Below, one piece after another: positions 36,824-47,400 of a DNA stretch of 64,000 nucleotides. The notes beneath the pieces are model-generated. The model worked only from the letters and a program-made list of their open reading frames with translations, was not told the DNA's origin and searched no databases. Both the position numbers and the translations under genes were made by a program. The stretch is taken from the IMG/VR virus record IMGVR_UViG_3300010429_000387, positions 128,001 through 192,000 of that record; one strand, given 5' to 3'. Source of the stretch: a virus (lineage: Duplodnaviria > Caudoviricetes). Every line of letters begins with the position of its first letter. The stretch's first letter is position 1.

Positions 36824-37198
36824 ATGAGCACCCAGACCGAACCCACAGAGCAGAAGACCATCGACACCCCGGTTTCCGCTGAGGACCTTGCCAAGTTCGC
36901 TCAGCTTCAAGGGGCCAGGCTTCAGATTGCCGAGCGTGTTCTCGACCTGGAGCAGGAGAAAGTCCGGGCTCTGAGGGCGGCAGCGAACATCGACGCTGAG
37001 CGGCAGAAGCTCTTCGAGAAGATCCTGGTGGAGCGTGGCCTTCCTCCTGGGTTCCCCGTGGAGATCGACTCCAAGACTGGCAGCATGAAGCCGGTTGAGG
37101 GGGCGATGGAGGCTTTCGTTCGGCAGCAGGCTGCCCAGTCGGTACCCTCTGTGATGGAGGCAGCTCCGGCGACGGACCCTGCCAACCCACCCTCTTGA
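36824..37198 (+). CDS. Coiled-coil protein, paralog of 13568
   Basis: GGAG RBS; shared motif with 13568. Confidence 0.65.
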   Translation: MSTQTEPTEQKTIDTPVSAEDLAKFAQLQGARLQIAERVLDLEQEKVRALRAAANIDAERQKLFEKILVERGLPPGFPVEIDSKTGSMKPVEGAMEAFVRQQAAQSVPSVMEAAPATDPANPPS

Positions 37199-37253
37199 GT
37201 CCAACTTCGTGCGGGTGATCCCCTTATCAGGGGTGACCCAATGAGGACTCAAC

Positions 37254-38603
37254 ATGGCGGATGTGAGCAATAGGGACAGAGATCCCCAGCTACTCGAAAT
37301 CACCAAGGCTCCCTGGCCTGCTCCGCCGCTCAACCTGCTCATGCTGGATGGGACTCGTGGGGTCATCGACCTTCGGTGGGATGACCCTGCGTACCTTTCC
37401 ATCAATAGCCGATACCAAATCCTCGGGGTGAACCTCTACCGGAGCTTCGACTCCGAGTTTGGCCCTTACAAGAGGGTCACAGAGCTTCCGGTCGGGAGCA
37501 CCTTCTGGCGGGACCAGACCGACAACGAGTTGATCGTTGAGGAGGACGTGACTGATAGGTTCATCCTCTTTGGTACAGCTTCAACGGGCCAGGATGGGCC
37601 TCGGTACGTCTTCACGACCCTTCACTCCCCAATCGTTGGGGAGGCTGCCAGGGGTTACTCAACGAACCTGAGAAATGAGGTCCGGGTCTTCGTGGATGGG
37701 GTTGAGGCTCGGGTCCGGGCGGTCAACGGAGCCACGGGAGAGGTGGAGATCGATCCAGACATCCATCCAGATGTCGGGACCCAGAAGTACATGACCCCAG
37801 TGGTCCCGACTACCAAGAGTCGGGTCACCTGCACCTATCGGTACACGAGGGACTTCCTCAAGACCGACTTGAACCAGCGCATCTTCTATCGAGTCACAAC
37901 GGTTGGGATTCCAGCCGATTGTTCCTGGCATGGGGCAACTTCCCAGGACTTGGTGGAGACCCCCCTCGAACATGCAGCGGCCACCAACACCTTCGAGATC
38001 GAGAAGCTGGACTACATCTGGAGGGAGGCCATCCGTCGGAACCGATGGATCCTGGAGCAGGGTGGTGAGCGGGTGAAGGTCTTCCTCCGAAAGGTTGTAG
38101 GAGTCACCTGCCCATGTGTGTCTCAGACCCACAAGCAGCCCATCTCGGACTGCCTCCACTGCTTTGGTACGGGGATCGTGGGTGGCTATGAGGGGCCTTA
38201 CGAGCTTCTGGTAGCCCCTGACGACGCTGAAGTGAAGATTTCCCAACGGGACATCGGCCGGACCACCGAGCACGTCTACGAGGTCTGGACGGGGCCACAA
38301 CCCCTGCTGAGTCACCGGGACTTCATCCTGAAGATCAACGGGGACAGGTACAGCATTGGTCCAGTTCGGATGCCCTCGAACCGGGGCAACCTTCTTCAGC
38401 AACACTTCCAGATCAGCTCTTTTGATGACAAGGACATCCGGTACAAGGTCCCGGTTGGGGACCCCGTCAAGTTCGTTGCCACTCAGTTCAGTCCGAGGGG
38501 GCCAGAGTTTGGTGCTCCGGACCAGGTAACGGAGAAGCCCAACATCGGCAACGAGCGTGAGCTTCGTGGGAGGACACTAGCCTGGAAGAACCAGAACTAC
38601 TGA
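37254..38603 (+). CDS. Putative head-closure/neck protein with FN3-like N-terminus and Zn finger
   Basis: PAPPLNL...LRWD...GVNLYRS; CPC...CLHCFGTG..GGY motif seen in large-phage neck proteins. Confidence 0.6.
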   Translation: MADVSNRDRDPQLLEITKAPWPAPPLNLLMLDGTRGVIDLRWDDPAYLSINSRYQILGVNLYRSFDSEFGPYKRVTELPVGSTFWRDQTDNELIVEEDVTDRFILFGTASTGQDGPRYVFTTLHSPIVGEAARGYSTNLRNEVRVFVDGVEARVRAVNGATGEVEIDPDIHPDVGTQKYMTPVVPTTKSRVTCTYRYTRDFLKTDLNQRIFYRVTTVGIPADCSWHGATSQDLVETPLEHAAATNTFEIEKLDYIWREAIRRNRWILEQGGERVKVFLRKVVGVTCPCVSQTHKQPISDCLHCFGTGIVGGYEGPYELLVAPDDAEVKISQRDIGRTTEHVYEVWTGPQPLLSHRDFILKINGDRYSIGPVRMPSNRGNLLQQHFQISSFDDKDIRYKVPVGDPVKFVATQFSPRGPEFGAPDQVTEKPNIGNERELRGRTLAWKNQNY

Positions 38604-38611
38604 GGTGCTGA

Positions 38612-39115
38612 ATGGACAGTCTTGGATCCATCTACGGGAAGCCCTTAGTCAAGGGCTTGGATGCCTCACCGGACAAGGCCCTTCAGAGGGTAAAGTTCAG
38701 TGTTCTCCGTAGGTTGCGTGACAAGCTCGTTCAATCCACCTTCTCAGAGCGGGCCAAGAAAGCACTCTCCAAAGCCCTTCAGGTGGTCATCGGGGAGTCC
38801 TCCCTGACGATCTACTCCAACCACCCGGCCTTCGTTCACCTCATGAGGGGGCAGAAGAAGGGCCAGATGACCTGGTTGGTGAAGGCACGAGCCCCGATTC
38901 CAATCATCACCGAGTCCGGAGAGTTGATCTTTCGGTCTGCTACGATCAAGTCAATGAGGGATGGGAAGTGGGTACACCCAGGTAGACCCCCCTACAACTT
39001 CGTTGAAAAAGCCAAAGATGAAGCAAAGACCCAGATTCGCAAGGCTATGGCTGCTGAAATGCGACGTGTCGCCAAGGAAGCTGCTGCACAAGCCAAGCGG
39101 GCTGTTCAGAGGTAG
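38612..39115 (+). CDS. Putative neck/tail-completion protein (basic)
   Basis: W.HPG...NFVEKA C-terminal motif resembling HK97 gp10-type proteins. Confidence 0.5.
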   Translation: MDSLGSIYGKPLVKGLDASPDKALQRVKFSVLRRLRDKLVQSTFSERAKKALSKALQVVIGESSLTIYSNHPAFVHLMRGQKKGQMTWLVKARAPIPIITESGELIFRSATIKSMRDGKWVHPGRPPYNFVEKAKDEAKTQIRKAMAAEMRRVAKEAAAQAKRAVQR

Positions 39116-39117
39116 CT

Positions 39118-39771
39118 ATGAACCCAGGTGACATGGTAGTTTGCGGTGTTTCAGCGGACATTGTGGTTGAAGACATCGGGTTGAACGTCCCTAAGGGGAT
39201 GGCTGTGCCCGTTCCGGGGGATAGTGCCCAAAGGTCTAAGGACCTTTGGAGGTACATCTCACAAGGGCTGATCTTCAAGTGCGATGTCAGCAACATCGTG
39301 AGGTCAGCTCCTCCTGCCCCTGCCCCGGTGGAAAGCCTGAAGTACATCGAGGTCTACAACTCGAACCTCTCCCGGATTCAAGGCGAACTGGCCCAGGTGA
39401 AAACGGCCAAGGCTGATCTGGAGACGGACCTCGGCCGCCTTCAGGCAGAGAACGCCAAGCTGAGGGCTGAGCTGGCCGAAGAGAGGGCTAAGATTCAGAA
39501 GCTCGACAAGCTCGATGACATCCTGACCCTCCTACAGAAGCAGCCAGCCGCTCAACAGTCCCTACGGTCTGCTCTTGTGACGTTGCCAAACAACGGTGGT
39601 AACGGCTCTTCTTCGGTAGAAGAAGCCGCCCCAATGTACATTCCCTCACAGATCAAGCCAGACGGCTCATCTGACGGGGTCGGCCTTGTTGCAAGAGTCG
39701 GACAATCCGATGGTGGGGCGGTTACAGGGGCAGCTCAGGCCCTACGCAACGTCCGGAAGCGGGGTCAATAA
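39118..39771 (+). CDS. Hypothetical coiled-coil protein
   Basis: Heptad-rich central region; GAGGT RBS. Confidence 0.65.
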   Translation: MNPGDMVVCGVSADIVVEDIGLNVPKGMAVPVPGDSAQRSKDLWRYISQGLIFKCDVSNIVRSAPPAPAPVESLKYIEVYNSNLSRIQGELAQVKTAKADLETDLGRLQAENAKLRAELAEERAKIQKLDKLDDILTLLQKQPAAQQSLRSALVTLPNNGGNGSSSVEEAAPMYIPSQIKPDGSSDGVGLVARVGQSDGGAVTGAAQALRNVRKRGQ

Positions 39772-39811
39772 AGTTCTTTCGGACTTGGCAGTTGAGGAGA
39801 CTTCCAAGCCC

Positions 39812-40816
39812 ATGAACGACCCCAAGCACGCCCTCCTTGCCCGTGCCGCCTCCTTGGTTGAGAAGACTGCCGCCCCGATGCTGTGGAAGTACACAGACGA
39901 GGACGGGAAGGACTTCTATCTCACTGAGAAGCGGACTGGAACCGTCAAGTCTCCCTACTCAGGGAAGAGCTTCACTCCGAAGCCAACCAGGTCCTCCCTA
40001 TCGGACGTGGGCAAGGAGCTGAAGCAGGATGACGCCAAGGTGAAGGGCTCCTTGTGGAAGTACGTGGATGGGGAAGGCAAGGAGTTCTACCTTCCGGAGC
40101 GCCTCACAGGGACCCTCAAGAGCCCCTACAGCGGCAAGAGCTTCACCCCCAAGGCGGAGAAGTCCACCCTCTCGGACGTGGGCAAGGAACTGAAGCAGGA
40201 CGCCAAGGCAGAGAAGAAGGCCGCTGATGAAGACCCCGAGCAAGGCCAGCAGGGTCAGGACAAGACCGCTGCCCTTGCCGATTCGGACAAGAAGGTCGTG
40301 GACGCCTTCTACGAGAAGAAGCCAGCCGAGGGCAAGATGCTCACGACGGATGGCAAGGTTCTGGAGAAGATTGGTCTCGGTGGCAAGGGCTTTGCCAAGT
40401 GGGAGGGTGGCAAGATCGTGGTCGATGCAAGCCGTCCCCAGGTGAAGAACGACGAAGAGATCCTTCGCTACATGAAGAAGTCGATTCCGGCCGGGACTCT
40501 TGCCCCCCACTCCTTCTTCGGGAACTCCAAGAAGGCGACCTCTGAGGAGCAGTGGGAGCTGGCCTCGGAGATCATCAAGCAAGGGGAGAAGCACCCCGCC
40601 TTGGCCGTCATCAAGAAGCAGTACGACGCCATCCTTGAGGGGGTCAAGACAGCCGCCAAACGCTCTGCTGCCATGAAGCGGATTGGGGTTGGGCGAACTG
40701 AAGACCCCAACTTTGTTCTGATCGAGATCCGACCCGAGATCGAGAAGTTGAGCAAGGTCTCCGAGGCTGTTGCGGCACAACTCACTCAACGTCTCACTGG
40801 ATCGGGGAAGTGGTGA
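39812..40816 (+). CDS. Modular charged protein with tandem duplicated domain; candidate internal head protein
   Basis: GAGGAG RBS; two LWKY.D..GK.FYL...KSPYSGKSFTPK...LSDVGKELKQD units; KTAA motifs. Confidence 0.75.
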   Translation: MNDPKHALLARAASLVEKTAAPMLWKYTDEDGKDFYLTEKRTGTVKSPYSGKSFTPKPTRSSLSDVGKELKQDDAKVKGSLWKYVDGEGKEFYLPERLTGTLKSPYSGKSFTPKAEKSTLSDVGKELKQDAKAEKKAADEDPEQGQQGQDKTAALADSDKKVVDAFYEKKPAEGKMLTTDGKVLEKIGLGGKGFAKWEGGKIVVDASRPQVKNDEEILRYMKKSIPAGTLAPHSFFGNSKKATSEEQWELASEIIKQGEKHPALAVIKKQYDAILEGVKTAAKRSAAMKRIGVGRTEDPNFVLIEIRPEIEKLSKVSEAVAAQLTQRLTGSGKW

Positions 40817-41541
40817 TGAACCCTCTCGCTTGGAAGACTCGGGTTGCACAGGCGTACCCCTTTGCACCTCAACCTCATCATCCAGGCGTGAGCCCTTCTG
40901 ACACACCCCCGGATGATGCAACTCACGTCATTTGGCAGGACCCGTCGTCCTACGACCCGTTCTTTCATGGACCCCCGTACCTGCCAGGAATGAAGGTCCG
41001 CATGGACAAGGCAGCCTCCTCCCGTTCTATCGTAGCCAAGGTGGTCTCGGCAGCAGGCCCGGACCTGTCCTCGGTTCTTGTGTTCCTCCGGTCCCTCGCC
41101 TTCATCCACCAGAGCCATCACTGGCTGACCTTCGGTGGTGACTACTACGGGGACCACCTGCTCTTCGAGCGTCTGTACGACCAGACCACAGAGGAGATCG
41201 ACCAGATTGCTGAGAAGGCAGTTGGGGTCGGGACCCCTGTTCAGAAGCTCCATCCTGGACTTCAGGCCAGCCTGGTCGCCCAAGTGGTGGCGAGCTTCTG
41301 CGGGAACGGGGTGACAGAAGGAGCGGGGGAGAGCCCCAACTCCTATGTGGAGACCAGCCTGAAGGCCGAAAGGCACTTCATCAACTGCATGAAGCAGATT
41401 GCCGAGGGGCTGAAGGCTACCGGCACACTCTCACGAGGGGTTGATAACCTCCTCGCTGGGATCGAAGACAAGCACGAGGGGCACATCTACCTCCTCGGGC
41501 AACGTTCCAAGGGTGACCCTTGGAAGGCTACCGGGGCCTGA
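40816..41541 (+). CDS. Dps/ferritin-like four-helix-bundle protein with N-terminal extension
   Basis: HQSHHW...YGDHLLFERLY...EIDQIAEK...HE...YLL Dps-type pattern. Confidence 0.75.
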   Translation: MNPLAWKTRVAQAYPFAPQPHHPGVSPSDTPPDDATHVIWQDPSSYDPFFHGPPYLPGMKVRMDKAASSRSIVAKVVSAAGPDLSSVLVFLRSLAFIHQSHHWLTFGGDYYGDHLLFERLYDQTTEEIDQIAEKAVGVGTPVQKLHPGLQASLVAQVVASFCGNGVTEGAGESPNSYVETSLKAERHFINCMKQIAEGLKATGTLSRGVDNLLAGIEDKHEGHIYLLGQRSKGDPWKATGA

Positions 41542-41575
41542 TACTCGGCATATCCAGATGAAAAGGAAGACCCAA

Positions 41576-42601
41576 ATGGCAAATGAATCGAACCAGACGT
41601 ATGGCGTCGGGGTGGATGTTGGTACCATGAACATCGTCTCCGCTCGCCAAGAGGGCGGAGTTGTCAAGACCAAGAGGGTGCGGGACGCCTTCATCGACCT
41701 CGAAGTAGAGGCGAAGAAGTCCCTCAAGATGGGGAAGGTCTCCTTCTACGAGGATGAGGACTCCGGTCAGCTCATCGTTCTCGGGGACTCAGCCCTCAAC
41801 ATGGCGAACCTCTTCAAGCGTGAAGTCCGGAGGCCCTTGGCGAAGGGCCTCATCTCTGCCGGGGAGCTAGATGCCCAGCGGGTTCTCTCCAAGCTCATTT
41901 TCAGCGTCCTGGGGGAGCCACTGACCGACAAGGAGCACTGCTACTACAGTGTTCCTGCTGAGCCCATCGACATGATGGACCAGGATGTGGTCTACCACAC
42001 CGAGGTCTTCCGTCAGATCGTGGAGGAGCACGACTACAAGGCTCACCCCATGAATGAGGCCATGGCGATCATCTACAGCCAGTGCCCAGACACCAGCTTT
42101 TCTGGCTTGGCAGTCTCCTTTGGCTCAGGGATGTGCAATGTTGCCCTGTCCTACCAGACGATGATGGGGTTGGACTTCTCCCTGGCCCGAGGTGGGGACT
42201 GGATTGACACCCATGCTGCCAAGGCCATCGGGTCCACGGCCAGTAGGATCTGCTCGCTCAAGGAGCGTGGTGGGTTCGACCTCTCTAGCCCACCAAGGGG
42301 GAATCGGGAGGCTGAGGCCATCTCCCTCTACATTCGTTCCCTCGTCCGGTACTGCCTGGAGAAGATTGCTGAGAAGGTTCGCCGTGAGCGCTCTGGGGCT
42401 GATCTGGAGGAGCCGATCCCCTTCGTTGTCTCAGGTGGGACAACCCTTGCCGAGGGCTTCATGACAGTCTTCCAGGAGGAGTTCCACTCTATCAAGAAGC
42501 GTGGGTTCCCCATTGCCATCTCGGAGGTTCGTCGGGCTAAGGACCCGATGACAGCGGTTGCAGAGGGGCTCCTTGTTCTAGCTATGCAGGAACACGAGTA
42601 A
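41576..42601 (+). CDS. Actin-fold ATPase (MreB/FtsA/ParM-like)
   Basis: Phosphate-1 GVDVGTMNI, NEAMA, phosphate-2 SFGSGMCN, adenosine VVSGGT, C-terminal DPMTAVAEG. Confidence 0.85.
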   Translation: MANESNQTYGVGVDVGTMNIVSARQEGGVVKTKRVRDAFIDLEVEAKKSLKMGKVSFYEDEDSGQLIVLGDSALNMANLFKREVRRPLAKGLISAGELDAQRVLSKLIFSVLGEPLTDKEHCYYSVPAEPIDMMDQDVVYHTEVFRQIVEEHDYKAHPMNEAMAIIYSQCPDTSFSGLAVSFGSGMCNVALSYQTMMGLDFSLARGGDWIDTHAAKAIGSTASRICSLKERGGFDLSSPPRGNREAEAISLYIRSLVRYCLEKIAEKVRRERSGADLEEPIPFVVSGGTTLAEGFMTVFQEEFHSIKKRGFPIAISEVRRAKDPMTAVAEGLLVLAMQEHE

Positions 42602-42605
42602 CCCT

Positions 42606-43799
42606 GTGTACTACTACCTGATCTCATCCCTGAAGAGGCGCCTGGTTCTGGAGCTGCAAGACAGCTTCAGTAAGCATCCTGTGTACGAGAAGGCAGTCCC
42701 GTATATCCAGAACAAGTACGCCTTCGATGAGCGACCTCAGTTCGGGATTGTGGTCAAGGGGGCCTCTGGGAACAAGGTCCAGCTCTCAGCCGAGAACTTC
42801 GTTGGCGTGGTTCAGAGCCACGTCATGTTGGCCTTCCTGGACACCCCCTCCTATCTGTTGGAGTGGGTTCGAGAGGACCTGAACACCATCAAGGAGAATG
42901 GGGATCAGGTCCCCGTTCAAGCGGGGGTCTACTACATCGAGTGCCTGACTGCCCCAACCAATCAGGGGGAGGCTGGCACCTTCGTGATAGACCCCCTTCT
43001 CACTGTCACCGATGAGCCCCTCCTCAAGGTGATCTCAGGGGTTGAGCGGACAGCCCACCTTCAGAATGAGCCGGTCTCTGGAACTCTGAGGCTCTGGGAG
43101 AACCGTAGGACCCCCCTTCTTGAGGGTCGGGACTACACTGTCGATGGGCAGGAGGTCACGATCCTCGGGAGGCTCCTCCCAGGGGCGGTCATCACAGCGG
43201 ACTACCGCTATGCTGCCCCGTCGATAGGCCCCATTGAGTGGAAGTGGAACACCTCGAACTGGAAGACTCTTCCAGGGGTGGTCATGGCCTTCGGGAAGAG
43301 GGGTAAGCCTGGTGACAAGCAGGCGGTGGTGATCTACGAGGACAGAGTTGATGTCGCCAACGCCTACGGGGGTCGCTTCGAGGCTTCCTTCGACCTTGAC
43401 GTGATTGCCCAGGACCCGATCCAGATGGAGGAGATGGCAGACTACGTTGTCATGTCTCTCTGGGGAGAGAAGAGAAGTGCCCTTTCATTCGAGGGCATCG
43501 AGATTCTTGACCTTTCAATGGGTGGTGAGGCAGAGGAAGCGTATGACGAGAACGCTGACCTCTACTACTACAATGCTTCCCTGTCTATTCAGTTGCAAGC
43601 GGACTGGGAGATTCACGTCCCCATGCCGTTTACAGTCAGTCGTGCCGTTGCTTTCACACGTTCTGCCGAGGCAGCCATGAACGCAGATCGTAGTGGGTAC
43701 GGAGAGTCAAGCATAAGGGCCTACTCTCAAGGTGGTCTCTTCTTGGCTACAGTCCCGGTCATTGTTGGTCGGAACAGCTCGTATGAGCGAATCACATAA
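42606..43799 (+). CDS. Putative tail terminator/completion protein
   Basis: GTG start; beta-rich with FDLDVIAQD; lies shortly before the sheath gene. Confidence 0.55.
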   Translation: MYYYLISSLKRRLVLELQDSFSKHPVYEKAVPYIQNKYAFDERPQFGIVVKGASGNKVQLSAENFVGVVQSHVMLAFLDTPSYLLEWVREDLNTIKENGDQVPVQAGVYYIECLTAPTNQGEAGTFVIDPLLTVTDEPLLKVISGVERTAHLQNEPVSGTLRLWENRRTPLLEGRDYTVDGQEVTILGRLLPGAVITADYRYAAPSIGPIEWKWNTSNWKTLPGVVMAFGKRGKPGDKQAVVIYEDRVDVANAYGGRFEASFDLDVIAQDPIQMEEMADYVVMSLWGEKRSALSFEGIEILDLSMGGEAEEAYDENADLYYYNASLSIQLQADWEIHVPMPFTVSRAVAFTRSAEAAMNADRSGYGESSIRAYSQGGLFLATVPVIVGRNSSYERIT

Positions 43800-43819
43800 G
43801 ATGAAGAAGGAATGAACCC

Positions 43820-44260
43820 ATGCCCAAGTACGTCTTTGAGTGCCAGACCTGCTCTACACGGTTCGAGCGTACCCTGAAGATGGGGGACCACCCGACTCAG
43901 CCCTGTCCTTCTTGCAAGGAGGATGCCCCTAGACTCTTTGCAGGTAATGGGTTTGGGTTCGGATTCTCTGCCCCTGCCAACGCTGCCCCAGCAAATACAG
44001 GGGTTCACAGTCAGGACTACCCGACTGCTGACCAGATTGTTGGTCGGAGTGCAGAGCAACGGTGGGGAACCTACAACAAGCGGGACGAAGTCAAGAAGAA
44101 GGTGCGTGAAGAGGGCAAGAGCCCAGCCCTGGCTCGCTTGGATGGAGATGGATACACCGAGTATTCGGCTATGGCCCCGGAAGAGCGAGGGGCTAGGGAG
44201 AAACTGGTGGACTATGCCGTCCAGATAGAGAAACAGCCCGAAGCAAAGCCACCCCAATAA
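43820..44260 (+). CDS. FmdB-like zinc-ribbon protein
   Basis: MPKYVFECQTCSTRFE...CPSC signature. Confidence 0.8.
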   Translation: MPKYVFECQTCSTRFERTLKMGDHPTQPCPSCKEDAPRLFAGNGFGFGFSAPANAAPANTGVHSQDYPTADQIVGRSAEQRWGTYNKRDEVKKKVREEGKSPALARLDGDGYTEYSAMAPEERGAREKLVDYAVQIEKQPEAKPPQ

Positions 44261-44294
44261 AGTGTTGTTTTGACTTGTGTAGGGTAGAAACCAT

Positions 44295-44445
44295 CCGGTA
44301 CTCGCAGACCGGACACTAGATGTAGATCGACTCAAATCAGATTGCTGCCAGATGGTTGCCCTCTGGGGCCATCACAAACACCGAGGAATTTCCTCGGAAG
44401 ATCAGATCGGATGACATCCCCCAGAACTGATTTGAGGAGAATCGG
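44295..44445 (+). promoter_or_regulatory. Structured 5' leader of the sheath gene with AGAT repeats
   Basis: Six AGAT units (44318-44407) interleaved with hairpins, e.g. CCGAGGAA-T-TTCCTCGG at 44381-44397. Confidence 0.6.
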
Positions 44446-47400
44446 ATGGCCCTCGGACCTTTCTCTACCTACGTACCCCCTGGCGTTTACTCTCGCACCC
44501 TGACCGAAGCGAACGTTGCGGCCCTAGTGGCTGGACTTCGCATCCCCGTGATCATCGGGGTCGGCCAAGAGGAGCTGGAACAGCTCGACCTTGAAATGGT
44601 GCGAGGCTCTTCTTCGACTCTCGATCAGCAGATCGTGAACGAGGATGTGACCCTCCGCTGGATCGTGGACGACACCAACCCCACGAACCCGACCCTTGGT
44701 GCGAACGACGGGACCAAGACCCGGTTCAAGGTTCGCAACTTCCCGTTGGTTGACGGGCAAGGCTTCGGCCGTACCACGAACGATGTCCGGTCTGTGACCG
44801 TGACCGTCGATGGGATCCCGGTGGCCGTTGGATCTGTTCGGGGCTCCTCTGGAGAGGTCATCCTTCAGGTTCCCCCTCCTTCCACGGCAGTGGTCCGATG
44901 CACCTACTTCTTCCATCGTGGTGACACGGCCTTCACGGATGACGTGTCGGACCAGGTCACTGCTACGGCTGCCACGATCATCACCCCTGGCTTCGAGCCC
45001 TACAACATCGTGGCTGGCTCCAACGACACCCTGAAGATCCGGGTGGACGGTGGAGTGGAGTACACGGTGACGTTCCTCCCTGGTTCTGGAACCACGGCGG
45101 CTTCGCTCAAGACCCAGATTGATGCCGGAGTCATTGCCGGGCTGTCTACCTCGGTCTTCGTCGCCAACGACGGAAGCAACCACCTTCAGTTCACGGCCCA
45201 GACCTCTATCGAGATCGGGACCGGAAGTGTCAACGGGATCCTCGGTCTCTCCAATGGGCAGAAGACCTCCCGGAACCAGAGCTTCAGGGTCTACCAGATC
45301 CCGATGGTCGATGGGACCTCTGGGGGCGTTACCACTACCGACCCCTCGAAGGTGGTGGTCAAAGTCAACAACGTCCAGGTGATCCCGACCTCGGTCGATG
45401 GTACTCATGGTCTTGTGACCCTTGGCTTCGCACCCCCTCCAGGGTCGAGCGTGGTCATCACCTACTGGGCCAACACCTGGCAGGACACCTTTGACTACCT
45501 CCCCAACACCCTGGTCACCAACGTCATTCGGGCGGGAATCTCCCCGAACCGTAGCGACTACATCCAGGGCCAGGACTTCGTGGTGAGCAACCCGTCTCCG
45601 GACGTGTCGATCATCCACTGGGGTGCCAGCTACTCCGTCTCCTCGACCCTCAGGACACCCGGTGCTGAGCCTCTGGATGAGTCTCAGATTATCCCGACGA
45701 TGGTGGACGACAAGCTGTGGTTGGCCCCTTGCACGGCCTTCGTGGACACCTCGGTCATCCCGGCCAGGGCAAGCACCACGGTCTTCGTGCTCCCCGAGGT
45801 CCCCACCACAGGGAACGGCCGTGACACGGTTCTCGGGACCCAGACCTACAGCAGCATCGCCAATAGCCGGATGGACCTCGTCACGAACCGTCCGGACCTG
45901 GTGATTGCCCGAGTGGGCAGAACCCTCCGTGATGCCCTCGGTCGCCCAGCGGCCAAGGTGGTTGCGGTGGATGGGTCTTCCAAGAAGATCGTCCTCAAGG
46001 ACCCGCTTCCCCCGGACTGGAACGTGTATGCCACGTTCAACTACAGCCGTCTGGTGGATGACACCTATATCTTCACCAACAAGACCCCAGGCCCCATCGG
46101 CCAGGGTCAGTACGAGGTCTTCTCCTCGCTCTTCAACTCGAACCTCTATCAGGTTCGGTTCGGGAGCAAGGGTGGTGGTCTTGTTGAGACCGTCCAGTGG
46201 CCCCGTGGTGTCGAGCAGGTTCCGGATGCCATGCACGTTGGTGGCACCCCGGTTGGCGAGACCGTGACTGTGACCTTCGGTCAGGCAGCCGCTACGAATG
46301 CGGTGTTCACGAACAAGGGTGCCCAGCCCTTCTCGTTCTACAGCCCTTCTTCGGCTACCTGGAGGACCCTCCTCAACGGGAATCCGGTGGTCAGCACCAA
46401 CCTGGTGACTGCCTCCCGAGCCTACATGGTCAGCAAGCCGGTCAAGCTGTCTGGTGGAGGGAACATCACCATCACCAGTGCCTCGAACGACCTGTTCAAC
46501 CTCACCATCGACGGTGTGGACATCGACGTTTCACTGACCCCCGGAACCAGGACCCCGGCCCAGATCGCTACAGACATCAATGCAGCGATTGATGCCGACC
46601 CGGCCTTCTCCTCGGTCACGAACAACTACATGTGTACGGCAATCCCTGGCCCTGGGACTGGCTACACCTTCTTCGTGATCCGTAGCTACTCGACTCCGGG
46701 TGCTCTCCCTGGTGGCTTCGATCACCAGAGCTACGTCCGGATTCGTCAGGGAACGGCGGAAAGCACTCTCGGGTTCACGACCTTCCAGCGTGCTGACGGT
46801 ACCACGGGTGCAGTCAACAAGCCTGCAACCCTCGTTGGGGCCAATGCGGAGGCTTTCGTCTTCACAAGCGGCCTGAACGATGTGCTCAAGGTCCGGATCA
46901 ATGGGGTGGACTTCCAGGTCACGATCAACCCCTCTTCGACCACGGCAACCCTGGTGGTGGCGGACATCAATGCCGTCATCGCTTCTCAGGGCACTGCCTC
47001 GGTAGGAACTCTGGGCAACCTGAACCACGTCCGTATCACGAGCAACATCAACTCCGAGCAGTCCTCGGTGGTGATCCTCAATGGTTCGGCAAATGCCACT
47101 CTCGGCTTCAGTGAGGGTGACTTCGCCAGCCAGTCTCGGGTCAACGTCCAAGAGGTGGTCAACCGCCTCATGGCTACCCCGAACATTGCAGTCACCTCCT
47201 GGGGTTCTGCTGGAAGCCCTGGAACGGCTCCGACTGCCAACACCACGGGTGCGGTGGTCTACCCGACAACCATCGCTGGGCAGGTCTACTTGACCATCGA
47301 GTCCCTGGTGGTGGGTTCTGCCTCCTCCATCGCCTTCGGGACGGGTGCCAACTCGGCCTTCAACATCCTCACTGGAACCCAGATCACCCCTGGGACCGAT

